IMG/VR virus record: IMGVR_UViG_3300050821_024094
Coordinates: 1-64,000 of that record
Strand: one strand, 5' to 3'
Source of the DNA: a virus
DNA length: 64,000 nt
In this document: positions 1 through 9,225 of the stretch, in pieces
Layout: each line of letters begins with the position of its first letter
How positions within the stretch are numbered: the stretch's first letter is position 1
Translations under genes and position numbers: made by a program
The notes under the pieces: model-generated
Told to the model about the DNA's origin: nothing
The model's database searches: none
What the model saw: the letters and a program-made list of their open reading frames with translations, nothing else

Positions 1-1293
1 TCATCGGATCCCCTCCGGCGATCGCTCTGGCTGAATGATCGGACCGTGGTGCGACCAGCGACCCGTCCCAGCATAGAAGCTCTTGTTGAAGTAGCGCAGT
101 AGCCTCGGCGTCATGCCGATGATCGCGCCACTCTCAGGGTGCTGTTCGAGCGTAATGATGCTCCCGCCGACGTGAGCCTCGAGCCGCTTCTTGCGCATGA
201 ACGGCGTCTGGTCTTGCTGGCACGCGGTCTGCACGACCCAGACGTTGCGGATGTTGCCGGCCCAGAGCTTGTGATAGTGGCCGTAGAGACCGACCGCGGG
301 CTTCTCTCCGCCCTCGAGCGACTCGATGATCTTTTGGATCGAGTAGGAGAGCGCATAGGCAGAGCCGCCACCGGGATGCACGACGGCCATGCTGGCAGTC
401 TTTCCGGAGTTTGCGTTGCGCAGAACGATGTGCGCTTCCATGAAGCCGAGATCGGTCCAGTTATGACCGCCCTCGCGCATGGTGTTCTGGCAATAGCGCC
501 CGACGTTCACGCCCTCGCGTTGCGCGATCCATCCCTCGTGGTCGTCGCCGGCAACGGCGTAGATCGGGAGCTTGGTTTGCGGGTGGCGCTGGGCGAGCAG
601 CTCGCATTGCTCCTCAAGGCCGTGAGCTTCGAGGTCGTGCGCGTTGAAGCGCGCGTACCCGTCGATCCAGTTGCCGGTGTCGAAGATGGCCTGAGCGCCG
701 GCGCTCTCGGCACGACGGACGAGGTCTTCGCGTACGTCCCAGCGGGTGTACTTCGAGCCAGCGTGGAGATCGCCGAATGCACCGAAGCAGAAGGTGTTGT
801 CCTTGCGGCTGACCAGTTCGATGACCGGGCCGCCGATATAAGCTTGCTGAGGAGAAGACGGGATCGTGAAGCGGTCCCCGAGCCGCTCGACGTTCACGCC
901 TTTGGTGCGGAGCTCCTCGACGCCAACGAGAATGTCGCCGACCGGGAGCCGGGCCTTGAGCGAGAGCTCGGCGATCGTCTGCGGTCCGGCGCGAAGCACT
1001 GCACGCAGCTTATCCGCCGCGTGCTCACGCTCGGCCTGCTTGGTCTGTGTCGCAGCGCCCTTGGCCTTGCGCGGTGCCTTGTGTTTGAACGCATACAGCC
1101 GCAGCGCGGCCTCGTAGCGAGAGCGGAAGGTTCGTCGATCGAGCTCGGGGTCGAACTCGCGATTGTAGCGGCGAGCACCCTCCTCGACCGCGCTCGGCTT
1201 TCCATCGAGATGGAAGCCCTCCTCGTATGCTTGCTGAACGAAGCGGAACACCGTTCCTGCGTCTACCTTACTGATCGGCGGGAGTGGCATCAT
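1..1293 (-). CDS. Calcineurin-like metallophosphoesterase with N-terminal HTH-like region
   Basis: Motifs GDLH, DTGNWIDG, AGDDHE, HPGGG and GHYH; RBS AGGAG upstream. Confidence 0.8.
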   Translation of the reverse strand: MMPLPPISKVDAGTVFRFVQQAYEEGFHLDGKPSAVEEGARRYNREFDPELDRRTFRSRYEAALRLYAFKHKAPRKAKGAATQTKQAEREHAADKLRAVLRAGPQTIAELSLKARLPVGDILVGVEELRTKGVNVERLGDRFTIPSSPQQAYIGGPVIELVSRKDNTFCFGAFGDLHAGSKYTRWDVREDLVRRAESAGAQAIFDTGNWIDGYARFNAHDLEAHGLEEQCELLAQRHPQTKLPIYAVAGDDHEGWIAQREGVNVGRYCQNTMREGGHNWTDLGFMEAHIVLRNANSGKTASMAVVHPGGGSAYALSYSIQKIIESLEGGEKPAVGLYGHYHKLWAGNIRNVWVVQTACQQDQTPFMRKKRLEAHVGGSIITLEQHPESGAIIGMTPRLLRYFNKSFYAGTGRWSHHGPIIQPERSPEGIR

Positions 1294-1319
1294 TGCTCCT
1301 GGGTGCTGTGGTAGGGGAA

Positions 1320-1349
1320 GAACGTGAGGCTGCGTTGAGCCTCACGTTC
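1320..1349. promoter_or_regulatory. Perfect 12-bp stem hairpin directly upstream (minus sense) of a CCCTACCAC site
   Basis: GAACGTGAGGCT-gcgttg-AGCCTCACGTTC. Confidence 0.6.
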
Positions 1350-1354
1350 GGGTC

Positions 1355-2083
1355 TTAGTTCGCGGGCTTCACGAAGGCGAAGAAGCGACGCCGGGGATAG
1401 ACTGCCTCGGCGACGCGATGGCCGTGATTGCCAGAGATGATGATCGGATCGCCGTTCGAGGTGATGCCGCTCACGATTCCGACGTGATTGCCACCAGGTC
1501 GTGAGGCAACCGCGATTGCGCCGATCTGTGGGCCTTTGAGGCGGATGCCCCAATCGGCGAAGCTGCTCGCGGCGCGCGAGCCAGTGCCCTCTCGTCCTGT
1601 TTTTCCGAGCACGAAGTTCATGAAGTCCGCGCACCACAACGAGCTAGGCAGACCGAGCTGCCCAGCCGTTTCACCCATGTACCGGCGCGCGGTCCGGACG
1701 AGCTCGTTGCTCTCATTCGTGGTTGCCACGGCCGCGTCGCGCGTCGAGCGGGCGACCGCACGACCAGCGCGGACCACCATGTTTCTGGCGCTCCGCTGGA
1801 TGCGAGCGCCGAGAGAGTAGTTTGATTCCGGGATCGGAGCGCTCCAGGTCCCGGTGTCGCGGTCGTACACCCCAGCGGGATTTGCGTTGCCGGAGGAAGC
1901 GAAGAAAGTTGGCAGGAACGACCGTGCCGATTGCTTCGCCGGCAATTCCCGGATGACGCGGTGGTAATACCGATGGTGATGAAGCTGGCCGTGTCGATGT
2001 CGATGAGGCCGGTTCGCAAAGGCTGAGGCGTTCGCCAGCACAAGCAAAGCAAGGCAGACGATCGCGGCTTGAGGCCGGATCAT
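1355..2083 (-). CDS. Secreted CHAP/NlpC-like peptidoglycan hydrolase
   Basis: Signal peptide; WCADFMN (catalytic Cys), GGNHVGIV (His), ISGN. Confidence 0.8.
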   Translation of the reverse strand: MIRPQAAIVCLALLVLANASAFANRPHRHRHGQLHHHRYYHRVIRELPAKQSARSFLPTFFASSGNANPAGVYDRDTGTWSAPIPESNYSLGARIQRSARNMVVRAGRAVARSTRDAAVATTNESNELVRTARRYMGETAGQLGLPSSLWCADFMNFVLGKTGREGTGSRAASSFADWGIRLKGPQIGAIAVASRPGGNHVGIVSGITSNGDPIIISGNHGHRVAEAVYPRRRFFAFVKPAN

Positions 2084-2122
2084 TTGGACTCCTGGATTGT
2101 GAAGGGGAGCGGAGGGTAGAAA

Positions 2123-2218
2123 TCAGTTCGCGGCGAGAACGGAGATGGTCCATTGCACGATCACGATCGCGCAAAGGACCAGCACCGCCCGACTGATGCG
2201 GCGTTCGAGCTTGGTCAT
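2123..2218 (-). CDS. 31-aa single-TM peptide in the lysis cassette (not in ORF track)
   Basis: Hand translation MTKLERRISRAVLVLCAIVIVQWTISVLAAN; starts right after the stop of the upstream gene. Confidence 0.5.
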   Translation of the reverse strand: MTKLERRISRAVLVLCAIVIVQWTISVLAAN

Positions 2219-2219
2219 T

Positions 2220-2501
2220 TCAATTCCCGAGTTTTTGCTTCCCCCAGGCATAGATGCCCGTGACAGCAGCGATCGAGGCGCCGACGACGGAGCGCATAAG
2301 CCAAGCTTGCGTGCTTTCCAGCGTTTTGATGCGGTCCTGGAGCGGGCTGATCACCCGCGCCAGGTCGCTTTCAGACACGAAGCTTGCGAGCTGCTCCTTG
2401 ATGGTGAGCTGCTCGCGGGCGAACGTCTCCTGCCGCTCGTCGATCCGACTGAGTAGGACGAGCATTTTGACTTGCGGATCGTCGAGGCCGGCGTCGGACA
2501 T
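2220..2501 (-). CDS. Coiled-coil protein with C-terminal TM (lysis accessory)
   Basis: Hydrophobic C-terminus; next to the holin. Confidence 0.55.
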   Translation of the reverse strand: MSDAGLDDPQVKMLVLLSRIDERQETFAREQLTIKEQLASFVSESDLARVISPLQDRIKTLESTQAWLMRSVVGASIAAVTGIYAWGKQKLGN

Positions 2502-2503
2502 TG

Positions 2504-2971
2504 CTACTTCCCTTTAGAGACGTGAGCGGAGGGAGGCGTGATGGTTACGTTGGCTACGCCCTGGACCTTTTCGACCGTGCGCAGCGTGCCGAGGCCGAGG
2601 AGCCCCATCAGCAGGCCGGTCATCTGGGTTGTGTCGAGTGTCGGCGGAGAGACCACGCCGGCCATCGAGGCAACCCAGGTCAGGAACGGATTGAACAGGA
2701 AGGCGTAAGCGACGCCGATCCCGCACACCCAGCCGATGAAGGGCCGCCAGCCCGAGACGAAGATGCTCGGGCTTTCGGCTTCCTTCGCGTTGACCGCCGT
2801 CTGCGCCTGCATGGCGTCGGCGATCGACTTGTTCATGGCGTCCTGGCTGTCGAGCAGCGCCTTCTGCAACTCGAATTGCAGTTGCGCCGCCTGCCCAGCA
2901 TCAGGGACGAGCCTCGTCACGACCGTTGAGATCGTGTTCAGGATCGCCGGGATGAAGGAGAGGAAGTCCAT
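2504..2971 (-). CDS. Holin, 3TM GTA-holin type
   Basis: SGWRPFIGWVCG and LLGLGTLRTVEK motifs. Confidence 0.85.
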   Translation of the reverse strand: MDFLSFIPAILNTISTVVTRLVPDAGQAAQLQFELQKALLDSQDAMNKSIADAMQAQTAVNAKEAESPSIFVSGWRPFIGWVCGIGVAYAFLFNPFLTWVASMAGVVSPPTLDTTQMTGLLMGLLGLGTLRTVEKVQGVANVTITPPSAHVSKGK

Positions 2972-2974
2972 GCG

Positions 2975-3244
2975 TCACGCGGTCTTCGCGGCCGGAGCGG
3001 CCGGCTGACTTGGGTCAGCAACCGGAGCGGCCGGAGCAACAGCAGCCGAGGCGGCAGGTGCGGCCGGGGCCTGTGTCGCGGCGTTGGTAAGAGTCGCGAT
3101 CGAGCTGGCAACGGTGCTGTTGATGGCGGCGACCGTCGCTTCGGACGCGGCGAGCTTCGCCTTCACGGTGGCGTGCGCGAAGTGCCAGAACGTGCAGCCG
3201 CCAAAGAACGCGGCGAGGACGATGCCCAGGAGGATGAGTTCCAT
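2975..3244 (-). CDS. Small membrane protein with Ala/Pro tail (spanin candidate)
   Basis: N-terminal TM ending FFGGC; between endolysin and holin. Confidence 0.5.
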   Translation of the reverse strand: MELILLGIVLAAFFGGCTFWHFAHATVKAKLAASEATVAAINSTVASSIATLTNAATQAPAAPAASAAVAPAAPVADPSQPAAPAAKTA

Positions 3245-3287
3245 GTGAATCCTTTCTCAGTGGTAGGGATGACTGCCGGGTGCTCGG

Positions 3288-3464
3288 TTATTTCTTGCCG
3301 AGCTTGGCCTTCACTTTCGCTTCAGCAGCCGCGACCGTTGCTTTGATTCGCGTCTCGAGCGCAGCGATTTCGGCCTTCGCGTCACCGATAATTTTGCCGG
3401 CGAAGAAGTAGGCGACGGCGGCGCCAGTGATGACGCCGGCGGCGAATACGACAACGAGTTCCAT
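3288..3464 (-). CDS. Small N-terminal TM plus coiled-coil protein (spanin candidate)
   Basis: Start MELVVVF with RBS GGAG; hydrophobic then helical. Confidence 0.5.
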   Translation of the reverse strand: MELVVVFAAGVITGAAVAYFFAGKIIGDAKAEIAALETRIKATVAAAEAKVKAKLGKK

Positions 3465-3466
3465 GG

Positions 3467-4216
3467 TCAGATTTTCTCCAGGTGAGGGGGGATTTCTGTG
3501 AGGTGAGTAAGCGCGCTCCACAGCACACCCCATGAACCGGGATGCGGCGTGAGGTCGGGATGAGGAGCGGGCTGCCTCGACGGGGGAGGACCGGCCGGCA
3601 ATGCGAGCAGCCGGACCGATGGCACGACGACGGGCGCCGAGCCGAACGTCACGGAGCTATCGAGCTCCATGATTCGCTTGAGGATGGGCATGCAGCCGAT
3701 CTGGCGATCGACTTCGGTGGAGCTGAACTTTCCGTCCGCGACGTACTTGCCGACGGAGTATTCGTTCGAGCCCGACCAGAGATAGGGCGAGTGGATGCCG
3801 TGCGCGCGATAGCCGAACCCGTTGTAGAGCTCGATCATGAAAGCCGCGTGCTCGATCGACCAGTCCTTCTGTTCGGTCAGGTGGTCGAGTGCGAGCGCAT
3901 CTGCCGCGCTCTCCATCCACGTGAATGGAGGATTGCCGGCGAGCGGGCGTCCTTTCGGGACATGGACGGTGCGCGCGGAGAGCGGATCGCCGTTGTGCAA
4001 GTGGCAGTGGAAGTTGCCGCTGGCTTCGCGGGTGTGGAGCACGCCGACGACCGGGTAAGGGACGCCGCCAATCGCGGTGACCTGCATGTAGATCGCGCGG
4101 TTGGAGACGATCCGGCGCGCGTCTGCGTCAACCGAGGCCGCAGCGCTCGCGTTGATCTCCATCCGCGACCAGAGCTCATGATACTCCGGTCGCAGTTCGT
4201 CATAGGACTGCGGCAT
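3467..4216 (-). CDS. Endolysin, lysozyme-like family
   Basis: HNGDPL, YNGFGYR, SPYLWSG and GKYVADG motifs; lysis-cassette position. Confidence 0.8.
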   Translation of the reverse strand: MPQSYDELRPEYHELWSRMEINASAAASVDADARRIVSNRAIYMQVTAIGGVPYPVVGVLHTREASGNFHCHLHNGDPLSARTVHVPKGRPLAGNPPFTWMESAADALALDHLTEQKDWSIEHAAFMIELYNGFGYRAHGIHSPYLWSGSNEYSVGKYVADGKFSSTEVDRQIGCMPILKRIMELDSSVTFGSAPVVVPSVRLLALPAGPPPSRQPAPHPDLTPHPGSWGVLWSALTHLTEIPPHLEKI

Positions 4217-4240
4217 GAAACCTCGGATTTTGTGTAGTTG

Positions 4241-5245
4241 CTAGGAGTTCCTGGCGGCGGCGGCGCTGGGCTTGATCTGGCCGGCAATCGTGCAGCGATA
4301 GCCCTCGGGACTGAGGTGGTGGCGCACGGTCTGGATGAGCCAGTTGTCGTCGAGCAGCGAGCGCCCGGTCTGGATCAGCATCGTTCCTTCCGCTTGCGCG
4401 GTGGGATCGCCCTCGATCTCGACCTCACACGTCTTGACCGCGCGATTGAGGTGGCCTGCCTTCGAGTTGGCGGAAGCCTTCGCTTCCTCCTGCGTCGGGC
4501 GCAGGTGGCGCACCATGAACTCGCCTTTGCCGCCTCCCTGGACGTCGCTTCTTTCCTTGACCGACTTGCCCTTCTTGCGATCGTACCAGCCGGCGTTCGC
4601 GCCTTTGTGGTTCGCCCGATCGCCCAAGGCTGCTTGGTAGCGGATGAGGTCGGTGAGCTTGAGCGTGAGCTGCGGCATCGCGGCTCCGCCGGCAGACGTC
4701 GAGTCGCCGCGCTTCACGAAGAAGAGGCGATTGTTCTTGATCGAGAACAGCGCGTCGTGATCGAACGAGAGCCGCGTGCCGAGGTGCCAGTCAGACTCTT
4801 CGAGCTGATGCAAATAGGGATACTGGAACGAGGCAAGCTCACCGCTGACCACGGGAGAAAGACCGTAGCGTTCGGCGATCTCGCCCATAATCGCGCCGAT
4901 CGTCTTCTTTTCGTACTTGCGCGTGCGGTGCTGCTTCTGCGCCGACTTCTGCTTCGCGGCCGTTGCCGAGATGCCCATCTTGTAGGGCGGCCCCGTGACC
5001 GCGACCTCGTCAACCGAGTAGGTGCCCATGAATACCAGTCCGGTCTCGCGATAGCCGAGCATCAGGGAGAGCTCGGAGTCGGTCGGCGGCTGGGCGATGG
5101 CGAAGTCACGGTCATCGAGCGTAAGCGATAGCCGGTCGTTCTGGTGCCCATCGTGCAGCATGAGGTCGAGCGCGAGCAGGCGATCAGTGAAGTGTCCCGT
5201 GATATCAGTCCCGCCGAGCGAGATGCCAAAGGCGGGAGTGCTCAT
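4241..5245 (-). CDS. P2 gpD-like late control / baseplate hub protein
   Basis: LTLDDRD, LGY..TGL..MG.Y.VDEV, Q.EESD. Confidence 0.9.
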   Translation of the reverse strand: MSTPAFGISLGGTDITGHFTDRLLALDLMLHDGHQNDRLSLTLDDRDFAIAQPPTDSELSLMLGYRETGLVFMGTYSVDEVAVTGPPYKMGISATAAKQKSAQKQHRTRKYEKKTIGAIMGEIAERYGLSPVVSGELASFQYPYLHQLEESDWHLGTRLSFDHDALFSIKNNRLFFVKRGDSTSAGGAAMPQLTLKLTDLIRYQAALGDRANHKGANAGWYDRKKGKSVKERSDVQGGGKGEFMVRHLRPTQEEAKASANSKAGHLNRAVKTCEVEIEGDPTAQAEGTMLIQTGRSLLDDNWLIQTVRHHLSPEGYRCTIAGQIKPSAAAARNS

Positions 5246-5248
5246 GGG

Positions 5249-5470
5249 TCACGTCCAGAGGTTGATGGTCTGCTTGATCGGGAGCTGCGGCGTCCCGAGA
5301 TCCGGGAGCGTGATCTTGGTGCCCGCCGGGTAGAGCGGACCGAGTGCGGCGAGGCCGCGGTTGGCGTTAAGGACGGCCTCGACCGTCCCTCCCCGCTCGC
5401 TGCCGTAAGTGGCGCGGCAGATTTTATCGAGCCGGTCGTTCTGGATGGTGACGTAGATCGAAGAAGGCAT
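5249..5470 (-). CDS. P2 gpX-like tail protein
   Basis: DRLDKIC..YG, VEAVLNANRGLA, PAGTKITLPD, INLW. Confidence 0.9.
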   Translation of the reverse strand: MPSSIYVTIQNDRLDKICRATYGSERGGTVEAVLNANRGLAALGPLYPAGTKITLPDLGTPQLPIKQTINLWT

Positions 5471-5895
5471 CAGAACAGCCCTCCGATGAAGCCGTTATCC
5501 TCGCCATAGGCGAGCAGTGAAAGCTCGAACTCGATCTTGCGTGCGCCGTTCACACCGAAGTAGGTGCGCGTGTTCGCGATATGATGGATTTGCCACATTC
5601 CCATCACGTCGCCGGTGAGGCTTGCATCGGTCATTGCGATGAGCGGGAACACGATGCCGGCGCGAGCGCCCGCATGGATTGCCGAGAGCAGTTCCGCGCC
5701 GCCGAAGGCTTCCGGGTACATGATGCCGTTGAGATTGACCTCGCGCGCACCGGGCCCGAGGAACTGGTGCGCAACATCGCGCGCCAGCCTCGGTTGCTCG
5801 GCCAGGCGAAACGCCGCCTGGAACTTCAGCTTCTCGAAGGATGGAGCCGTGGCGTAGAAGAGATACGGCCCCATAGCGAGCAGGACGTCGCTCAT
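5470..5895 (-). CDS. P2 gpU-like tail protein
   Basis: Start re-called at MSDVLLAMG; QFLGPG, L.G..YP, RKIEFELSL. Confidence 0.85.
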   Translation of the reverse strand: MSDVLLAMGPYLFYATAPSFEKLKFQAAFRLAEQPRLARDVAHQFLGPGAREVNLNGIMYPEAFGGAELLSAIHAGARAGIVFPLIAMTDASLTGDVMGMWQIHHIANTRTYFGVNGARKIEFELSLLAYGEDNGFIGGLF

Positions 5896-8141
5896 GTGGC
5901 GTAGGCTCCATCCGAGAGGTGACGATCGACGGCGGCGGTGAATTGCTTGTAGACCGCCTGAGCGGTCGCATGCGGATCGCCGCTGCCATGGACATGGATG
6001 TTGATGTTCCCGATGCTCGCCCGCTGATCCGCAGGCGCAGGCGCCGGCGCCTGGTAGTTCTGCGGGACCGCAGGAGGCGCGATCTGTGGACCAGGGATCG
6101 ACATGGTGCCGAGGCTTTTGATCACCTCCATCACCGCGTCGAGCCAGCTCTGCCCGGCCTTCTCGCCTTCCGGCTTGAGGTCCATGCCGAGCCGCGATCT
6201 GATGTCGTCGACGCTGAAGTTCGGGCTTCCTCCCCACGGCACGGGATCAGATTTGCCGTCATCCTCGGGAATGCCGAGCTGCTTGCGCATCCAGGTGCGC
6301 AGACCGTCCTTGCCGGCGTAGAGTTTTGCGGCATCCCCTTTGAAGTCGCCGGTGAGTTGATTGTCACCGAGGATCGCCTTGTTGAGGTCCTTCGCACCCT
6401 GCGTCCCGTCGATCCATTTCGCGAGCGCAAGACCTGCGAGGACAGCCGAGATCGCCCCGAGTGCCGTGCCGAGCATGGAGATTCCGGCCGCCGCTCCGGC
6501 TGCGGCGGGACCGATCCCGAACAGCCGCTCGGCGAGCATGGTGCCAGCGAGCATTCCGACGGGTCCACCGCCCATGAAGCCCAGCCCGCCTCCGAGCAAC
6601 GCCGTAAGCGCGCCCGACCGCATCATCATGAAGCCGAGACCGCCGAGTGTGGCGAGCGTTCCGAGCTGGCCGACAAACGAGCCGCCAACCGTCCGCATCA
6701 TGGCGGAGAGCTGGTTGAGCAAGCCGATCGCCGGCTTGATGACCGGACCGGTGATGTTCTTCGCGAAGTCGGTGATTGCAGCGCCGAAGTTCGAGAGAGC
6801 TTGTGTCCAATCGTTCGCTTGACCGATCTTGAGAGCTTCCGCAGCCGAAGGAGCCTGGTTGAACAGGCCAATATCCTTGCGGATTTGCGATTGATTGATG
6901 ACCGCCTCGCCGACCATGTCGGCGACCATGCGATTAGAGAACAGGTAGTTGATGCGCTCAGAGATTTTCGCAGCGGTGTCGAGGCCCTCTCGCTTCGCCA
7001 TATCGCCGACGTACTTGACCACCCACTCGAACGGGTTGTTCAGATAGTCCTTTGAACCGTAGAAGGCATTCTCCGTGAGCTTCATCTTCGAAGCGCTGTG
7101 CTTGTCCGGAACGACCTTGCTCGGGTCGATCAGTCCGGCGGCGATGAGGTCCGGGATTTTCTCCTTCGGTAGACGGTTGCCGACGATGTATCCGGTGAGC
7201 GAGGCAATCTCGTTGCCGACCGAGGACGCTCGCGCGCTCTGCATGATGAGCGCTGGCATAACCTTGCCGAGGAAGTCGTCGCCCACAGCGTACTTCGATC
7301 CACGCATATACGTGGTCGACATGTTGATCTGCTCGGGCGTGATCTTCCCACGCGAGCCAACGATCGCTTTCGCCCAATCATCGAGCAACACGTCGGCGCG
7401 CGCGGTGTCTTTCGTGGCCCCAACCTGTTCGAGCGCACGAGCGAGATGGAAGCTCTGACCCTCGACGCGGTGACCCTGCACAGCCGAGATGAGTGCGTCG
7501 ACCCGCGCGAACTTCTCGGCGAACTCCATCGTGTGTTCCAGATTGCCGAAGGCCATCACCATTTCGGACATCTGCTTGATGGATTCCGCCTCGGTGGTCA
7601 TCGGCACGGAGCCGGCAACCTCGCGGGCACGCTTCTTCATCGCGTCGAGCTCGTCGGGCGTGCGGCCCGCCATCATGGCAAGCGCCCCTTCCCGGCTGTA
7701 TTCGATGCCGGCGCCCGCGATCTCCCTGAGGCCGTGCCCGACCGCATGGATCACCGGGTGCTGCAGGAGCATGCCCTGCCCCCCATGGGACATGCTGCCC
7801 TGATTGTTGATGAGCTGGCGTTGCATCGCTGCAACCTGCCGCATGCCGGCGACTTGCGCCCGCCATGGATTTGCGTTGCCCGCCGCCGCCAGGCTGCGGT
7901 TGAGCGAGGCTGCGTTGCTGGTCACGCCGCGCATGGCGACGTCGAGCTGCTTGAGGTTGCCTTGGAGCCGGGCCGTCGCGTTCGCGGACGCATCGAAGAC
8001 CTTCGGCAATTGGTCGAGCTTGAGTCCCCCAAGCTGCTTGGCCGCACTGACCATGTCGCGCAGGCTTTTCGCGGCCTTCTGCGCGGGACCGGAGAGCTGA
8101 TCGACAAGCCGGAGAATGACCGAAACGTCCATCGTCGACAT
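5892..8141 (-). CDS. Tail tape measure protein
   Basis: LRLVDQLSGP N-terminus; Ala/Gly-rich helical; position after the chaperones. Confidence 0.9.
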   Translation of the reverse strand: MSTMDVSVILRLVDQLSGPAQKAAKSLRDMVSAAKQLGGLKLDQLPKVFDASANATARLQGNLKQLDVAMRGVTSNAASLNRSLAAAGNANPWRAQVAGMRQVAAMQRQLINNQGSMSHGGQGMLLQHPVIHAVGHGLREIAGAGIEYSREGALAMMAGRTPDELDAMKKRAREVAGSVPMTTEAESIKQMSEMVMAFGNLEHTMEFAEKFARVDALISAVQGHRVEGQSFHLARALEQVGATKDTARADVLLDDWAKAIVGSRGKITPEQINMSTTYMRGSKYAVGDDFLGKVMPALIMQSARASSVGNEIASLTGYIVGNRLPKEKIPDLIAAGLIDPSKVVPDKHSASKMKLTENAFYGSKDYLNNPFEWVVKYVGDMAKREGLDTAAKISERINYLFSNRMVADMVGEAVINQSQIRKDIGLFNQAPSAAEALKIGQANDWTQALSNFGAAITDFAKNITGPVIKPAIGLLNQLSAMMRTVGGSFVGQLGTLATLGGLGFMMMRSGALTALLGGGLGFMGGGPVGMLAGTMLAERLFGIGPAAAGAAAGISMLGTALGAISAVLAGLALAKWIDGTQGAKDLNKAILGDNQLTGDFKGDAAKLYAGKDGLRTWMRKQLGIPEDDGKSDPVPWGGSPNFSVDDIRSRLGMDLKPEGEKAGQSWLDAVMEVIKSLGTMSIPGPQIAPPAVPQNYQAPAPAPADQRASIGNINIHVHGSGDPHATAQAVYKQFTAAVDRHLSDGAYAT

Positions 8142-8167
8142 GTCGGCCTTCTCCTGTTGTTATTGGG

Positions 8168-8326
8168 TCACCCGCGCGTTGCGCGGGCTTCCGCTTCGTA
8201 GAGCTCAGTCGCCGTCTGGGTGTAGAAGACGAAGTCTTCGACATCGAGCTCCTCAACGACCTCCGGCGTCCAGCGCCAGCGCTCGTAGAGGACGATCGCG
8301 TGGATCTTCCACGCGATTATTTTTTC
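8168..8326 (-). CDS. gpE'-like -1 frameshift extension of the tail assembly chaperone
   Basis: Open -1 frame from slippery G AAA AAA (8320-8326); WRWTPEVVEEL resembles gpE'. Confidence 0.7.
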   Translation of the reverse strand, partial: EKIIAWKIHAIVLYERWRWTPEVVEELDVEDFVFYTQTATELYEAEARATRG

Positions 8327-8604
8327 TCGATGTCCTTCGTAAAAGACTCCACCCATGCCTGGAGCACTTTGAAGTCGACGGTGTCGAGCTCCTCGATGAC
8401 GGCAGGTGGGACTTCGGCGAGCTGGCCGAAGAACTTGGCTTGCGCACCGACGGGGTCTTTGTCCGCCTCTGTGAGGTGGCGAGAGTCCTTGAGCTTCGGC
8501 CGGCGGAGCGTCAGGCTCGGGTAGGTCGTCCCCTGGTACGTCACCGGGATGCTCAGTTTCACAACGTGCTTCTCGCCAGTCGATGGCGCAGCATTACCGC
8601 TCAT
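8317..8604 (-). CDS. Tail assembly chaperone (gpE-like)
   Basis: L..PV, LTLRRPKLKD, IEELD..DF; between tube and tape measure. Confidence 0.9.
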   Translation of the reverse strand: MSGNAAPSTGEKHVVKLSIPVTYQGTTYPSLTLRRPKLKDSRHLTEADKDPVGAQAKFFGQLAEVPPAVIEELDTVDFKVLQAWVESFTKDIEKK

Positions 8605-8623
8605 GGGGTCTCCAGTTTAGGGG

Positions 8624-9136
8624 TTAGAGGCCGATGCCGAGGAGCTGCCTTTGGTTGGCGGCCTGGTCGACGCCGTTCACGATGAACTTCTTGTTCAGCG
8701 CGTCGATCTCGAGCACGACGACATTGTCGATGGTGTGCTTCAGGTAGTCGCAACAGACCGTGTATTTCTCGGTCGTCTTGCTACCGGGCTGAACGGTCCC
8801 TCGGTCGACTGACCGGATGAAGCCGTGAGTTTCGAGTTGCACGCCCTTCTCATTGCCCTGGTAGTCCACCAGGACGCCGAAGAACTTGAAGATTTTCTGG
8901 TTGCCCTGGCCGAGGCCATAGAAACCAGTCAGGAGCGCCGAGTGCGCGGTCAGATCGAAGTCGAGCTCGATCTTTTCGTGGCCCAGCTTGACCTCGACGG
9001 GAACATCCATTGCCCCGCCGCGATACTCTTCCACCTTCCAGTTCAACTTTGGCAGCGTGACCTGCGAGACGTCGCCGGAAAACAGGTTGCCATCGATGAA
9101 CAGCGTGTAGTCGCGAAAGACGTCCTTAATGGGCAT
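8624..9136 (-). CDS. Major tail tube protein (P2 FII-like)
   Basis: VTLPKL, EEYRGGAMD, EIDALN, VNGVDQ. Confidence 0.92.
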   Translation of the reverse strand: MPIKDVFRDYTLFIDGNLFSGDVSQVTLPKLNWKVEEYRGGAMDVPVEVKLGHEKIELDFDLTAHSALLTGFYGLGQGNQKIFKFFGVLVDYQGNEKGVQLETHGFIRSVDRGTVQPGSKTTEKYTVCCDYLKHTIDNVVVLEIDALNKKFIVNGVDQAANQRQLLGIGL

Positions 9137-9225
9137 CTTGTCCTCCAAAAGTTAGGGGCCGCTCTCCGTGCAGGAGGCGGCCCCGATGCGTTTCTTGTCG
9201 GTGACGGTCTCTTGGATAGGACCGG

